A DNA stretch of 64,000 nucleotides, taken from NCBI GenBank assembly GCA_977020255.1, contig CDROCS010005932.1:1-64000 (forward strand). Reading direction: 5' to 3'. The position numbers were made by a program, and so were the translations under genes. The notes under the pieces were generated by a model that ran no database searches, had not been told where the DNA came from, and saw only the letters and a program-made list of their open reading frames with translations. Shown here in pieces: positions 49,635 to 63,299 of this stretch (positions within the stretch are counted from its first letter, which is position 1; each line of letters begins with the position of its first letter). The stretch is from Obrimoposthia wandeli (taxonomy: Eukaryota).

Positions 49635-49899
49635 CCAGTAATAGTTATACACTGTGCTGCAGAAAGAAGACCAGATGTAGTGTCTAGAGACGTTAATAGA
49701 GCTACTGCAATCAATGTGGCTAGTACATCATTTATAAAGGAATGGTGCGCGAACAATAATTGCATTTTAATTTTTATTAGTACTGACTACGTTTTTGATG
49801 GCTCTAATCCGCCTTACAATGAGCAAAGTGAACCGAATCCACTGAATCTATATGGAAGCATGAAGTTGGAAGGCGAAAAGGTGGTTCTGTCAAACGAAA
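49635..49899 (+). CDS. MAT2B: MAT2B exon 2
   Basis: VIHCAAERRPDVV...ISTDYVFDGSNPPY...PLNLYGSMKLEGEK. Confidence 0.95.
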
Positions 49900-50517
49900 G
49901 TGGGTTATTTCTGTGATTTTCATGTGTAAATGATAAACAAACAGTTATTTTTAACTGTGACCCTGGGCCAAGAGGCGTGGGCTATATTTTATTATTTATT
50001 TTGACTGAGGTTTGAGTATAGGAGAAATTTGCCGCATTCTTTTTAAAAATATCAGACGATATTCAATTAAATATACAAGCGGATTAAATTAATGTTTGAC
50101 AATCAAGTTGTGATCGATGTGTGGACTACGTTTGCAGTGTCATTTATATATCTCAGCTACTTCCGGATATGTTTCAATGGGCTCAATCGCCATTTCAACA
50201 TCGAAAAAAGTTATAATATTTACACTATTTAAAAACAAATTTGTTATTTTATTTAGTAATGATTGAATATTTATTTGCAAATATCGTATATAAATTTTTG
50301 GTGTATCAATGTCTTTGTTGACTTCACGGAAGTTCTAATGAAATTAAACAGTGCAGTTGTCGCAGGTAATCTGTTAATATTCTTAGATAATATTGAACGA
50401 AATAAAGTATCGGAATTGAAATGATTTAGAGTAACATACTCATTTTGTTGGACATTGGTGCTGCTTCTGGAATGCTTTAGAGACATTTTTAATTAAGTAG
50501 TTTTTGTTAGATTCAGG

Positions 50518-50592
50518 AGAAAATTATGAAATTGAACCACGGATCTCACTACTTGCAAGTCGTGCATTCTATCATTGAACCATCAAGGCTCG
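50518..50592 (-). repeat. tRNA-derived repeat, copy 2 (tRNA-Gly-like 5' half)
   Basis: GCCTTGATGGTTCAATGATAGAATGCACGACTTGCAAGTAGTGAGATCCGTGGTTCAATT has A-box and B-box-like segments. Confidence 0.45.
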
Positions 50593-50746
50593 TCATATCT
50601 TCCGATAACTCTACTAAGAATCTTGATTTTATCAAATGTTTGGCTCCTCTGTTTCACCTTACTTACTTACTTACATTGTTTTGTTTGTAGTGATAAAGAA
50701 ATTATTGCTAATTGGTGCTTCAATTTTTTATGTGTACTTATTGCAG

Positions 50747-50829
50747 GAAACATTGTCCTAAGACTTCCGGTTTTATATGGCTTTGTGGAGAAACTAGACG
50801 AATCTGCGGTGACGGTTCTATTTACAAAG
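50747..50829 (+). CDS. MAT2B: MAT2B exon 3
   Basis: VLRLPVLYGFVEKLDESAVTVLF; phases match. Confidence 0.92.
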
Positions 50830-51097
50830 GTAGTAACTTTATAATTGAATGTACATTTGCTTGTAAGGCCTCTTTCAATTCAGTTTTCAGTTCATGATCT
50901 TGTGTAGCACAATTGTAACATTACAAGTTTTAGTTTCAATTTTTTTTAAAATTATAAAATCTTATAATCTTTTTATTAAAAGTTTTTTTTTCCTTTTATT
51001 TTATCCTGCAAAAGTTCCAACCTTCAACTATTGTAAATATGATTTTCTTTGTTTATTTTCTACATTTAACTCACGTAATCTGATCTGAATCGATAAG

Positions 51098-51208
51098 GTA
51101 AAGGATACTTCGAGGCAAGTTCCCATGTCTGACTTTGAACGCCGCTTCCCTACACACTGCGATGACGTTGCCGAGACGATTGGACGAATTGTTCAATACA
51201 TAATCAAG
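51098..51208 (+). CDS. MAT2B: MAT2B exon 4
   Basis: MSDFERRFPTHCDDVA. Confidence 0.9.
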
Positions 51209-51442
51209 GTTGGTCGAGACAATATTTGATATTTTAACGGGGTTGCACGATCGGAGTCAGAGCATGAGATTTTTTAAAATATATACAAGTAGTTAGAATA
51301 ATCTCCAAAACGTATCAGACTATGGATAGTCTTAAAGGCATGAACTCCAATGAGTTTCAAAACATCAATTATGAAACACTTCAGAAAATTCACATTTTAT
51401 CATTATGAAAAGTTTAAATAAATTTGTTATTTTAGTTTAAAT

Positions 51443-51628
51443 CAGCGGTTTCCAAACTTTTTGGAAGGCGCCTCCTTTAAAATAATTAGTAACACAATTA
51501 TATTTATTACTCTTCCATGGTAAATTTCAATAATTTTATTTGAAGTATCGAAATATTTTTAACGCGACCCTTTCAGAAAATCAGTCACCCCCTTTTGGGG
51601 GTCGTGCCCCACACTTTGGAAACCGCTG
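51443..51628. mobile_element. hAT MITE
   Basis: TIR cagcggtttccaaa; perfect 8-bp TSD gtttaaat. Confidence 0.9.
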
Positions 51629-52238
51629 GTTTAAATTGAAAATTTAAATAATAATCATATAGAAAAGACGAAAGCATTTTTTCAATTAATTTGAAATTAT
51701 TACAAATATAATTACTATATTTATTTATATATAGTGCGTCTAGGGCAAATTTTAACATGTTATATTTATTATGTTGTAGTGATAAAATTATGTTAATCCC
51801 ACCCCTGAAATATTAGTTTTTTGTTAACATATTATATTATATATTCTTCAATATATTTAAGAATTACTTTTCTCAGAATCCTTTTTAATGTCCAATACTT
51901 TTGATGAAATAAATATAATTATTATAACAGTTTTCTAGCGTTTCTTCTGTCTTATTTAAGCTCGCAAAGTTTATCACAATTCTGAGCGTCCAGTTGAAGT
52001 CTTTGGAAGAATTTTTGTGGTATCCTTTATCGTTATTTGAAGATATGGTTTTATGTATTTGGTTACTATATATTGAAATAAATTTTAAAATAAAGTATTC
52101 ATAAATAAGAAATTAAAAATCCCTTAAAAAATTGATCATTTCTAAGTATTTTAAAAATTTAGTTTATCTAAAACAAAATTAAGTTTTTTTCAAGTAAAAT
52201 CCCTATAAAAATATAATAATAAGTCGAATCATATGCAG

Positions 52239-52353
52239 AGTCCTGGTCAACTTTCTGGAGTTCTTCAGTACCAATCTGAAGAGGAGATGACCAAGCTAGA
52301 GATGGCTCGCACTATGGCCCGACTTTACCACATCCCTTTTGACCATATCCATG
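52239..52353 (+). CDS. MAT2B: MAT2B exon 5
   Basis: GVLQYQSEEEMTKLEMARTMARLYHIPFDHI. Confidence 0.88.
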
Positions 52354-53539
52354 GTTAGTAAGACACATAAACCGACTTGCTTATCCTGGGTAAATCAGAG
52401 AGCGTCACAAGGTCTGGGGAAATAGTCCAGATTTAAGTAAATAGTTACTATGTTGAATTGTTTTGAATAACGTTTTCAATCTATTTCACCTTCAGCTCCT
52501 TTAACTAAAAGTATATAATGTTCATTGGGTCTAATTCTGTTTTTCGTTTTTCATAAGATATATGACTTCATTTCGAGTGAACGCAAATTTATCAAATCAA
52601 GACAAAATTGAAACCAACAAACACATGCTGTAAATCAATATTTCTTGTTTGCATTGGAAAAATCACAAATGATAAAACAAAAGGCAGCATCGTAATGTAG
52701 AAGCAAAAATGTTTGGTACCTATTTTTAGAACATTTCAAAAAGGTGCAACTTATTCTTCTAAACTTACAGTTCAACTTCCATCATAGTTGTCTTTATTTG
52801 AATGCATAACCTTTGAGACTCTGCCAACAAAAATAATAGCATTGATACTACAAATGCATCGCCCTGTAGTCAGCTTTGATGACAGGTCTAAAATATATTT
52901 TCCATTTATATTAATGGCTAACTAATGAGAATTAAACACGTCTTTGTACAACTCTTTTCATATGTATATACAGTTACTTTCGATCGTACTCTATATGAAA
53001 GTGTCGTGTTAGGACAACTTACCCTGGACAAGTACCCCCATGAAAAAATTAACTGTATATACATCAAACACTCATTTACTTGCATTTACTTGTTTTTGGT
53101 TAAAATCAGTTTTATGCACTAATTTCAAGTATACCTTTAATTTTTAACCTTCACATAGCAACAACAAAAAACGAAATTAGCATTTTATTCACATGACCAT
53201 TTGATACTATGGATTTTATAATTATACAATTAATGAAGCTATGCTTGGAATGGGACGTGGACAGAAATTTGTGAGCCAGCAGATGTTTGGAATAAGTACT
53301 AGCCTGATTCAAGAGACTGGGTTGATTAACATCGGGGAATGTTCTGTGGTGATTTAAAAGTCAGGATTATGTATATTACTACAAAGAGGATATACGAAAT
53401 ATGCATGTCTCCCTTGTTCATGGGACAGTCGAACATAGATCAACATGACAGAATAAAAGATCCGATCGAAAGAAATGCATTTATTCATGACCAAGCAAAT
53501 ATCAAAGCATCACCTTTTCTGAATTCAGATAAAATACTG

Positions 53540-54240
53540 GGTGCTCTTCCAACATGTGATATACCGAGTTGTTTACATTCCAATATGTGATCTACCGAAT
53601 GGTTTCTATTCCAACATGCGATTTACCGAGTTGTTTACATTCCAATATGGGATCTACCGAATGGTTTCTTATCCAACATGTGATCTACCGAGTTGTTTAC
53701 ATTCCAATATGGGATCTACCGAATGGTTTCTAATCCAACATGTGATTTACCGAGTTGTTTACATTCCAATATGAGATCAGTAATCCATTCAGACAAGTGG
53801 TGGCATATAGGACCTTGAATTCTCATGGATTTGTACACTACACTGTTAACCATCAGCGGCATTATGTTGACCCAAACACAGGAACGCATTCCCAATCAAT
53901 TGAAAGATCGTGGTTAGACGCAAAATCTTGCGAACGATGAGAGGTACCGCTAAACATATGCTTCAGTCACATATGGATGAATACTGTTATAGAATGATGA
54001 GAAAAGAATCTGTAGATTATTATTCAGATTTTTTAATTGATATTAGAAAGGTTTATCGTTAAATGTCTTGATTTTTACCTTTTTAGAATTTTTATGAAAT
54101 AAAATCATGTATTTCTTTTAATTACAATAATAAATTCATGTTATTTTTTGTCTTCATTTTTCCTAGTAGATTACATGCCATGAATAGTAGATCAATAGTA
54201 GATCACAAACCTTCGGTAGATCACATATTGGAAGAGCACC
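53540..54240 (+). mobile_element. Merlin (IS1595/ISXO2-like) non-autonomous derivative
   Basis: TIR ggtgctcttccaa(c/t)atgtgat; perfect 8-bp TSD aaatactg; transposase tail HYTVNHQRHYVDPNTGTHSQSIERSW; ~62-bp tandem repeats at 53549-53775. Confidence 0.88.
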
Positions 54241-54409
54241 AAATACTGTTATCAAGTTAGTTTTGATTGAGAACTTAATAAAGTCTTAAATAGTGATGAA
54301 CCCGCTTTTGCAAACTGAGCTCCCCTATAATATCTGCAGATAAACTGAAGGAATCTTAAATGGTTGTTATATTAAGAAGATATTAAATTTGTTTTTATTC
54401 AAAAAGAGG

Positions 54410-57400
54410 CATGACCGTGCCGGAGCTGGATCGGTGGAACAGGCGTCAGTTTCAAAAGGCGCATAAATCTAAAAAATACCATAGAATTTGTTTATTTGTA
54501 AAAACTTACTTGCTCAAACATGAAATTTAAAATTAAATCACATCTATTTCGAAATGTTATTGTAGGTAAATTACCTAATTTTGTTATACAACATTTTATA
54601 AATCACTGATAGGAGTCTTTTTTGGCAAATGCATATAACAAAACAGCGATTATATAAAAGAATTCAATATTATCGAATTTAGATATTGTATTAAGGGAAA
54701 ATTCGTATGATTTTTGTTGAATTTGTAGTGTTTGTAATATAATATATATTTAAAATTTTTGGAGTTGAAGCAAATCGTATCATACATGGGTAAGTTTATA
54801 AGTTTGAAAATATCTAGATTAAACATTTGGTAGCTTTGTAATAAGTCGGCTTCAGAGGGCTACATTATTAATCGAGAAGTCAAAATGAGTACCTAAAAGA
54901 GATCTGGTTGAGAATTTAAAAGACAGTCAACTTAGACTAGATGGGCAAGAAAGACAAAAGGATTCATTAAGCAAATTTTTAGCACATTCAAGTACACCAA
55001 CTACCAATATTATAATATCCGACGAATCCAGCAGAACAATAGAGGTTGAACACACCAATGAAGAATCACATCAGAAAATTACCAAACCAAGCAATCATGC
55101 TGCAATTTCTCTACCAACGCAGGCGAACTTGATCGAGCTAGGTAAATTCATGAATTATCGTCAGATGCAGCAGAGCGAATAAACATTTCTTACAATGTTA
55201 AACAAATTTTGGTAAAACGTGGTCTTATGCAATTATCAGATTATAAATTTCTAGTCAATAAATCAGATAGAAAATTTTCTGTGTTTCATTATATTCGTTT
55301 CCTAAATGGGGAAAAATTGTTGGGGAATGGTTAATTTATTCAAAATTTAAAAAGTGTGTATTTTGTTTGCAACTGAAAAAATAATTTAACTATAAACGGT
55401 TACTGCAACTGGGCACATGTATCGTGCCATTTAAAAGATCATGAAATATCCTCAGCTCATTTTGATAGTTTAAAAAGTTGGAAGAAAATGAACTCAGAAC
55501 TTAAAACCGGAAATACAAAAGATGCTGCTCAACAAAGTGCACTAAATTATCAAATTCATAAGTAGCAAGACACATAAAAAAGAATTTTAGCAGTTTTGCA
55601 ATTTCTTGTGTCGCAATCACTTGCTATTTCGGATTAACATATAAATTATACAATCGTAATAATTGGGATTTCCTAAAATTATTTGAATTATTAACTCAAT
55701 TTGATCAAACAACTTCAGATCACTCGCAGTATCAGCAACAAAGAAACTACCTTTCATTATCTGAGTAACAATATCCAAAATTAGATTATTCTCTTAATTT
55801 CAAAGAAAATCAAAAGTCACATCAAGCTAATTAAAGCAAACTAATATTATTCATTAATATTAGATTGTACACTAGGGTGGCCCTTAGTATAATGTGAAAA
55901 AATTAAAATCAACAACTTCACTTTGTCACCCTCCCAATATATGCCAATTATAGAGACAACCCTCTGTGCAAAAAATTATTACATTTGTATTATATTTAGG
56001 GGTGGCCCTCGAGCTTTGAAGGTTTCATGTGAAATGTAATTCAGCAATTAAATTGACAATATATCTGAATTTCTAACAACCCAAGCACGCATATTACCCA
56101 ACATCATTTATTGAATCATTATTATATATTACAATAATTATGAGTCATGACTAATTAAAGTAAATGAATACTAATGTCTAGCTTGTCATTTTAATACTAA
56201 TAAACAGTTATATTGTTTGTAAGGTGTAAAGTACTGAGAACTTAAATGTTTGATGAATTTTCTTTCTAATATGCTATCCAGTGTGTTCACTGTTCACAAT
56301 ATCACTGCGTCTTACTGGTAGTTGCATTCGTTACAATGTTTCTCTTGGTACAGTCAGGAAACTGTTGTCGGTATTCACTGACAACCTGAAGGAGAAACTG
56401 AAGTTGATCCTATTCTTTGGTTAACTTCATGTTGATATCCTGGATCAAGACAACGTCACTATCATTGACGACAGTCGACCCCTTGACTATTTCCGCGGCC
56501 CGCTTGAAAGGTTCGTCTTCATCCCACTGTGATGGATCTTGTGAGAGTACCATGTTTGGAATTCCTAGCAGCTGGACCACTCTCTTCGAGTTTGTTATGC
56601 AGAACTGCTCAAGGCCTCTGCCGTCAAGAAATGCGTCAGGCTTCACACTTGGTCGCTTCGGTGGATGATCTGGGGTTACTTCTTCCATGGTAGCCAGCAT
56701 CAGCTTCTTGGAATCAGCAGTTAATCTGGAGTCGAATAGAGCCAAACCAACCAACTCTTCTGATAAGTACCGCAGGTGAAGCCCAAGCTTCTTGCTGGTT
56801 GCAGCAGATATAGCTGCATGTAGGTATGCGAGTAGTTATCCCATCAGCTTGAAATCGTTCAAAAGTGCCTCAACAGTAAGAGGTGCTGTCATCCAGGCTC
56901 TGAGGTGGATCAAAACAGAAAAGGTGGTAAGGCCACGAATTCCTCTTCCTTCCGCTGCCATTTTGATTTGACCCAGAACAGCCACATCTTGATGGCATAG
57001 ATAAATTTTGCCATCCATCGCGGCCGATGCATGGGACCTGGAAGCTGAAATCGGACCTCCCCGAGCAGGAACATTTCCAAGAAATATGAGGGAAAGCTCA
57101 AGAAATTCTCGGTAGTCATCCCTCTGTTGTTTCATTTCTAGCTGTGTCCGAGCAAAGTCAATTATTTCCTACCAAGTAATCAATGGAGAGGGTCTGTAGA
57201 GGTCGCCTGGAAGTTGTCCCGATTCAAGAGAAGCAACTTGTCTGAATTTCTTGAAAATTAGCATTTCTGGTTCTTTGGAAATGCCGATTGATGTCTTTTC
57301 AAATGCAGCCCCGACAATTAGTTCCATGGCGTGGTGGTGACAAGCCAGAAAAAGAAGATCTTTATTGACTCTCTGTTTGAGCAATGTACATGCCCCTGAG

Positions 57401-59462
57401 TGACGATCAGCGTTGGGTTCTGTTGTATCAAAGCACAGTGCTACAACCTGGTTTGCAATGCCCCACTCTTCCACGCATGTCCGAAGATGCTTGAGCTTCA
57501 CCTGTTCCTAAGCACAGTTTGGAAACACCCAATAACAGCTCGACTCATGCACCTGAAATTAGCATTGGTAGACAGTCTACATGTTCATGGGAAGTCAAGT
57601 CATCCATCAGTTTTGAATATATGTTAATGACTATTAGTATTCATTCAATATTCATTCATACCAGAAGATTGATTATCAAATTTGATTATTGAAATGCTGA
57701 ATATGCAATATGCAATACATTTGTGATTTAGTATTAATTGTGGCATTACCAATGTTATGAATAAATGCCAAATTAGCAATGGACTGCATACTGTATATAT
57801 TTAAGTCATTTATCACATAATATGTGATAATGCAATATACAATGTTGAATGAATTACTGGTGAAATTATTACTTGCACTGCATGTCATAACACATTGAAA
57901 TGATGACAAGAGGCAAATATTTCAGATATTGTGATATTTTCTATATAAGCCATATATGTATAATATAGATAGGTTACTTGAACTTCAATGCTCGAGGGCC
58001 ATCCCTAAATATTATCCAATTGTAATAATCTTTTGCACAGTATGTTTTTTCATAGATGACATAAATTGATGGGGGGCAGAAGTTGAATTCAAACTTTCAT
58101 TTTTAAGGGCCATCCTATTGTACACCTGACAAGAGTCACACAGACAAATGTCCTTTGTAATAATGTTTGTGATCGTGAGTCAGGAATGTGAAGCATTTGA
58201 AATTTGTGAGCATTTTATTCGATTTATACCTGTTAAAGGTACTTCTGGAGAAGCATTAAAAAATAAAGTTTTTGATGAATTGGATGCGTTAGAAATCCCA
58301 ATAGGAGATATGAGAGGATATGGTTACGGCAATTGTTCCTATATGAAAGGTGTTCAAAATAGAATTGAGCAGATTAATTCACGAGTTGAAATTTATACCC
58401 AGTTCTTGCCATTTCTTAAACCTTGTAATTAATGAAGCTTCGGCTACTTCTGGAGAGACCGCTCATTTCTTCCATATAATTCAAAATATTTATGTATTAT
58501 TTTCTGCGTCTGTTAGTCGTTGGAATTTGTTTAAAAAGCATACTACAAAATTAACTTTAACTCAATCTGGAAAAGAGATTGGAGAGCAGAATTTCTGCTA
58601 TTAAACCGCTTTGATTTTAACTGGAGAAATTCTTGTAGAAATTACTCTGATCAAAAGCCGAAACAACTTAACACGATGTGAAGCTAAAGATTTGGTAAGG
58701 AAAATATCTTCCTTTAAATTTATTTGCAGCTTTTCCTTTCAAAAGATACTGTAATTTCGAAAATTATGCGAAGTTCAAAGAAAATCAAACACTGCAAAGA
58801 TCTGAAATTACATCTTTCTGATGGTTCTAATGCCGATATAGATGCTTTGGAGCTTTGTAAATAAATTATAAATGTTGCAACATTACTATCGTTTAAAGTG
58901 AATCCATTGACTGTTCTTAATTTTTTGGCCATCAATAATATGCTTTCAACATTTCTAAATTTTGCGACATCTTTATGTATTCTTTAAACATTACCGATTA
59001 CAGTGGTTTCCGGGAAATGTAATTTTTTAAATCTGAAAATAATAAAGAATTATCTATGAACTTACATGATCCAGGAAGGTTAGTTGGCTTATCCATTATT
59101 TCATTTGAAAACTATATTTGTAAAACTTAAAACTAGGAAGATCGAATTAAAGACTTTGCAGAATTTATGAATGGTATTTTTATTCATATAATAAGCTAGA
59201 ATATGCAAAATATATTTGTACAGTCCACTTCAATTCATTACAATTCGGCTCCTAACGTTCCTGGAATATATGTGATCATCATTATTTTTACGATATTATA
59301 ATCATAATTTGTGTTCAAGTTTGTGAATAAAATTCATTATATTATTTGAATTTTTTTAAATATCATATATAGTCGCTTAAAAAATATATTTGTACATTTT
59401 TCCATGGTAGGCGCCATTTTTATAATCCGCTCCAGATGCCAAAATATCACGACACGGCCCTG
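54410..59462 (+). mobile_element. Decayed hAT transposon (ZMYM/DUF4371-type transposase)
   Basis: Degenerate TIR ca(t/g)g(a/g)ccgtg; TSD aaaagagg/gaaagagt; LKDHEISSAH, ILDCT|PDKSH, EHFIRFIPV, MRGYGY motifs. Confidence 0.75.
55873..58117 (-). mobile_element. Nested hAT (hATm-like) element with decayed transposase
   Basis: TIR tagg(g/a)tggccctta; perfect 8-bp TSD ttgtacac splits the outer transposase; FDTT...GAC...LACHHH, RDDYREFLEL, RWMAK motifs. Confidence 0.88.
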
Positions 59463-59504
59463 GAAAGAGTTTTTTTCTTTAGTGTGTTCAGACCTTCTTA
59501 TGAA

Positions 59505-59740
59505 GTATCAAAGATCCTCAATATTATGATTTACTAAAGACATTATTATAAAAATTTCAAACAATGGATTGTAATATGAATCTGAATTCTCACATTGATA
59601 ACTTTCCGGAAAATTTAGGAAAGTATAGTAAAAAACATGATAAACGATTTCAACAATTTGTCCCTGAAATGGAAAAAATATCATGGTAAATGGTCTGAAA
59701 CAATGATGATACACGACTGTTGATCCATGAAAAGAAACAA
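59505..59740 (+). mobile_element. Transposase C-terminal remnant, Chapaev3/CMC-like
   Basis: KDPQY...MDCNM..SHIDNFPENLG...HGKWS..M resembles the HSHLDFFPENLG...RFHQ...YQGKW family. Confidence 0.5.
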
Positions 59741-59950
59741 AAATACTTCTAACCACTAAAGAAAATCTTTTTATTCTGTAGTTAAAAATATAGTTTTTCC
59801 ATGTTTTTTCAACAACAAAATTTATATAGATTTTTATCTTCTATAAATATTTTAATTTGATAGAATTTTCTGGTTCATGGTGTATAAAATTTCAGGCGTG
59901 ATAAAAATTTAGGAATGGTACCATTAAAACGTCAGTATAAGCTCTTAGAT

Positions 59951-60418
59951 CAGTGTTTCCCAATCTTTTTTTAATAACGACACACTTTTTTTTTTCGCTT
60001 AATGTCGCGACACATCAAATTTAAAATTTTAAGAAACTAAACCAGTTACAAATGGATATAAATGCTAAATAAATAAAAAATGGATTATTAAATAATTCGT
60101 CACTTTATTATTCGCTTTAATAATATTTGTAACAAAATCGATAAAGTTTTACAGTTTCCATAAAAGAGTTTCTTTTTCTCCCTCCTCACCAAAAAAAAAT
60201 GCAACCACTGTCCGAATAACCTAAAATTAAATAACAAAATCATTCTGAATAACAAAATGTAATACGTACGTTTAAAAATCAATTAATGCGAAATATGTGC
60301 TTGTTTTTCTGCACACAAACGTTCAATTCTGGGACGTATTACAGACAATTTTCGCGACACACTTATATATGCTTGGCGACACACTAGTGTGTCGCGACGC
60401 ATAGATTGGGAATCACTG
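59951..60418. mobile_element. hAT (Charlie-like) MITE
   Basis: TIR cagtg(t/a)ttcccaatc; perfect TSD tcttagat. Confidence 0.9.
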
Positions 60419-61132
60419 TCTTAGATTCTCATATTCAATAAATATTTTTTAAATCATTTGAAGAACAGTAATATTGGTAAAGAATTTGTATAAAGTAACA
60501 GACGATTACGCTGATAAGGTTATTCAAAAATCAATTTAATGTGCCACCTTAGTGCTTATATGCGGTGCTTATATTTTGCTAAATGAACAGCATTGATAAG
60601 GCCGGACGAATCTTTCGAACTTTTGTGACTGAATTACGATATTACGGATGTGCAAAAGTACAAGTTTTTAGTTTTTTTCAAAACATGCTTAAATTTCTTG
60701 GTCTACAACGTCCAGAAATGTATACATGACACTTCTTTAGGCACACTAAATTGTTTGCCAATGTTGGTGTCACTGCTGTAGATCTAAAAATGCACGTTTC
60801 TTGGAATAGCGACAACGTTGTTATGCGCTTAGTAAATCAGAGTACCGCACAACATGTCAATAGTCAACATAATATTTGACCAGCCAACATCCTACATTAA
60901 TGTTTCAAAGGAAATAACTTCCAACAATTTCTACAACATGGTTTTTAATTTTCATAAAGTCTAGTTAATAAATTTTATTATAATGTTTTTGTATAAATGT
61001 AAAAGTAGAATCGTAAAATTATTCATTAATATGTTGTGGATGAAAATGAACTTTTCTTCCCGCTCGAAGCATATTACTAGATTTAGCTTTTCAATCTTGT
61101 ATTGTATGAAATATCATTGTCATGTATTAGAT

Positions 61133-61453
61133 CAGGGTGATCAAGAAATATCGTCACCTGAGCTGCATTCATAAAAATTAAAAAGATCTGAATCGCAGTC
61201 AATATATAATCCATGTTGACTTTAAGTTTTGAGAACATATATAAAGGTCATATAATAGTTTAAATTATTGAACATCTGAATTATAAAGTTTAAAATATTA
61301 ATATTCTTAATTTTAAAATTACATTATCTATACTTACTTATTTGGTGAATTATTGTGTAAAATTATTATTATTTTTTAAAAATTATAAGTGAACTGTGCA
61401 AATTCACTTACTGAGCCGCATGTGGCTCGTGAGCCGCAGTTTGCTCACCCCTG
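61133..61453. mobile_element. Degenerate hAT MITE
   Basis: cagggtgatcaa / ttgctcacccctg ends and a gtggctcgtgagccgca subterminal motif; TSD only 5/8. Confidence 0.4.
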
Positions 61454-61603
61454 TCCTAGACGGTACTTGTCCAGAGGCTAGTTGTCCTACATGGTACATC
61501 GTTGGGTTAGTTGTCCTAGAGGGTACTTATACTTGTTCTGATACCGAAAATGCATATGTATATACTTATCGTCGGTGATTTACTTGTGCTTCGTATCGAA
61601 CAG

Positions 61604-61770
61604 CTGAGCCAATTCAAATTGAGCAGCCCAACCGCGGTGGGACAAAGCGACCATACAAATCCCAGATGACTTGTGACAGGCTTAAGCAGGCAGGACTTTA
61701 CCATCCTGCCCGCCTATTTGCTGAGGGTATCGAGGCTGTCTTGAAACCATACGCCGTCAACCCCACCTAA
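61604..61770 (+). CDS. MAT2B: MAT2B exon 6 (terminal)
   Basis: Phase 1 acceptor; GGTKRPYKSQMTCDRLKQAG...FAEGIEAVLKPY*. Joined CDS is 927 nt (308 aa). Confidence 0.88.
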
Positions 61771-62388
61771 CTACACGTTTCCTCTGTTGACTTGATGGGT
61801 GGTGTTTACTAATTGTCGGAACTCAGGATCGATTATAGATATTTTTGTCAATAAATTCATAGTTTTAGTCGTCAAGTCTCAGAATTACAAGATTTTCAAT
61901 TTTATTTTTTACTTGAAGCTTACTATCGATATAAAATTCATTGATTAACTTGTGCTACTTATATTTGATAGTAAAACATTCTGGAATTAAGATTTGCTAT
62001 TCAGTGATGCAGCATTTGAATAAGGAGCTCATGAAGCATAAGATCGTTCAGTATGTGTATGAAGGTATGATAATATTGAAATTATTTGATATTTATAAGC
62101 GTTATTTTAAAGAACTATCTCATTCAATCACAAAAAAAAATATCCAAACAGTGGTTAAAACTGACTTATTATAACATATAATTAAATCAAAAATGAGTAA
62201 GTCTTTTTAACGGGTCATAATAATGTTTCAATTTTTTTTAAATGAATATTTATATTTTTAGGATAAATCATCTTTCCATGTATGCACTGAAAAGTTAACT
62301 TGATAATCCATAGAGAATCATGGACAGTATTTAGCATGGAGAAAAATAAAGCTAATAGTTAAGATAATGACACTACACCTATTCCAAC

Positions 62389-63221
62389 TGATTAGTGCCG
62401 TTATAAAGACTCGGCATGTAATCCTATAGTATAAGATGAGATTAGTAATAATACATAGTAAAACTTACCGATAAAAAACAGCATCTATCCAAAATGAATG
62501 GTGTCGTAAAACTGAATAATGACCTACTATAGAATGCATGCAGTCACACACCTACAGGGCAGGGAAAAAAGTGTTTGTGATTTTTTACTATAGGGTGTGT
62601 TAACAAATTGAATAGTGCCGTAAAAAGTCATTAGTGCCGCTTTTTTTATTAAAATACATAGAAAATATACCCCTAACGATGAAAGGATGGTAGTTTAAGA
62701 ACTATTAAATGTTTTATGAAGATTTGGAGAATATGTTTTATAATATTATATTTTAAAAAACTTTATAACTGACCGTAATTCCGATGTTAGTCGTTTTTCT
62801 GAGAAAATTATAGGAAAATGTGGTTTTCTTCATAATTTAGAATATTCTCTGATCTCAAAGAGGCCTTGATTGAAGCATGAGACTGGCATCTTCTTTTTTA
62901 AAGGAGCGCACAGTCAGGGTAATTGTTTGCAAACTATATAAGCAAACTAATAATATCAGCAGGGGCTCCACAGGAGTATCAAAATCAAAAAACGCGGTAA
63001 ATTTGTTATTGGAGAGGCGGGAACAAAATCCGTACACGACACTGACAGATATGGCTCAATTTCTCGGATATAACCATACAATTCAATTTTTGGTACCTGA
63101 GTTCATTTTAATATAATTTTAATAAAATAATCACTTTTTCTTGTCTTATTCATGTATAATAATCCAAATTATTAAAATAACACATAAAAAGTACAAACTT
63201 ACGAGTCAACGGCACTAATCA
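62389..63221 (+). mobile_element. Possible Tc1/IS630-like relic
   Basis: Inverted tgattagtgccgtt ends; internal TVRVIVCKLYKQT...EQNPYTTLTDM resembles a paired-type HTH. Confidence 0.35.
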
Positions 63222-63299
63222 TATTGCTATCGGCAATATCGACTTTGATTAGGTGTATTTAAATAGAAATTATGCGATTCACTCTCAATTCTAACAAAA

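Noticed and set aside
53195-54360. Candidate MAT2B last-exon fragments near the Merlin insertion
   Set aside because: Frames are broken, and a clean phase-matched terminal exon exists at 61604-61770.
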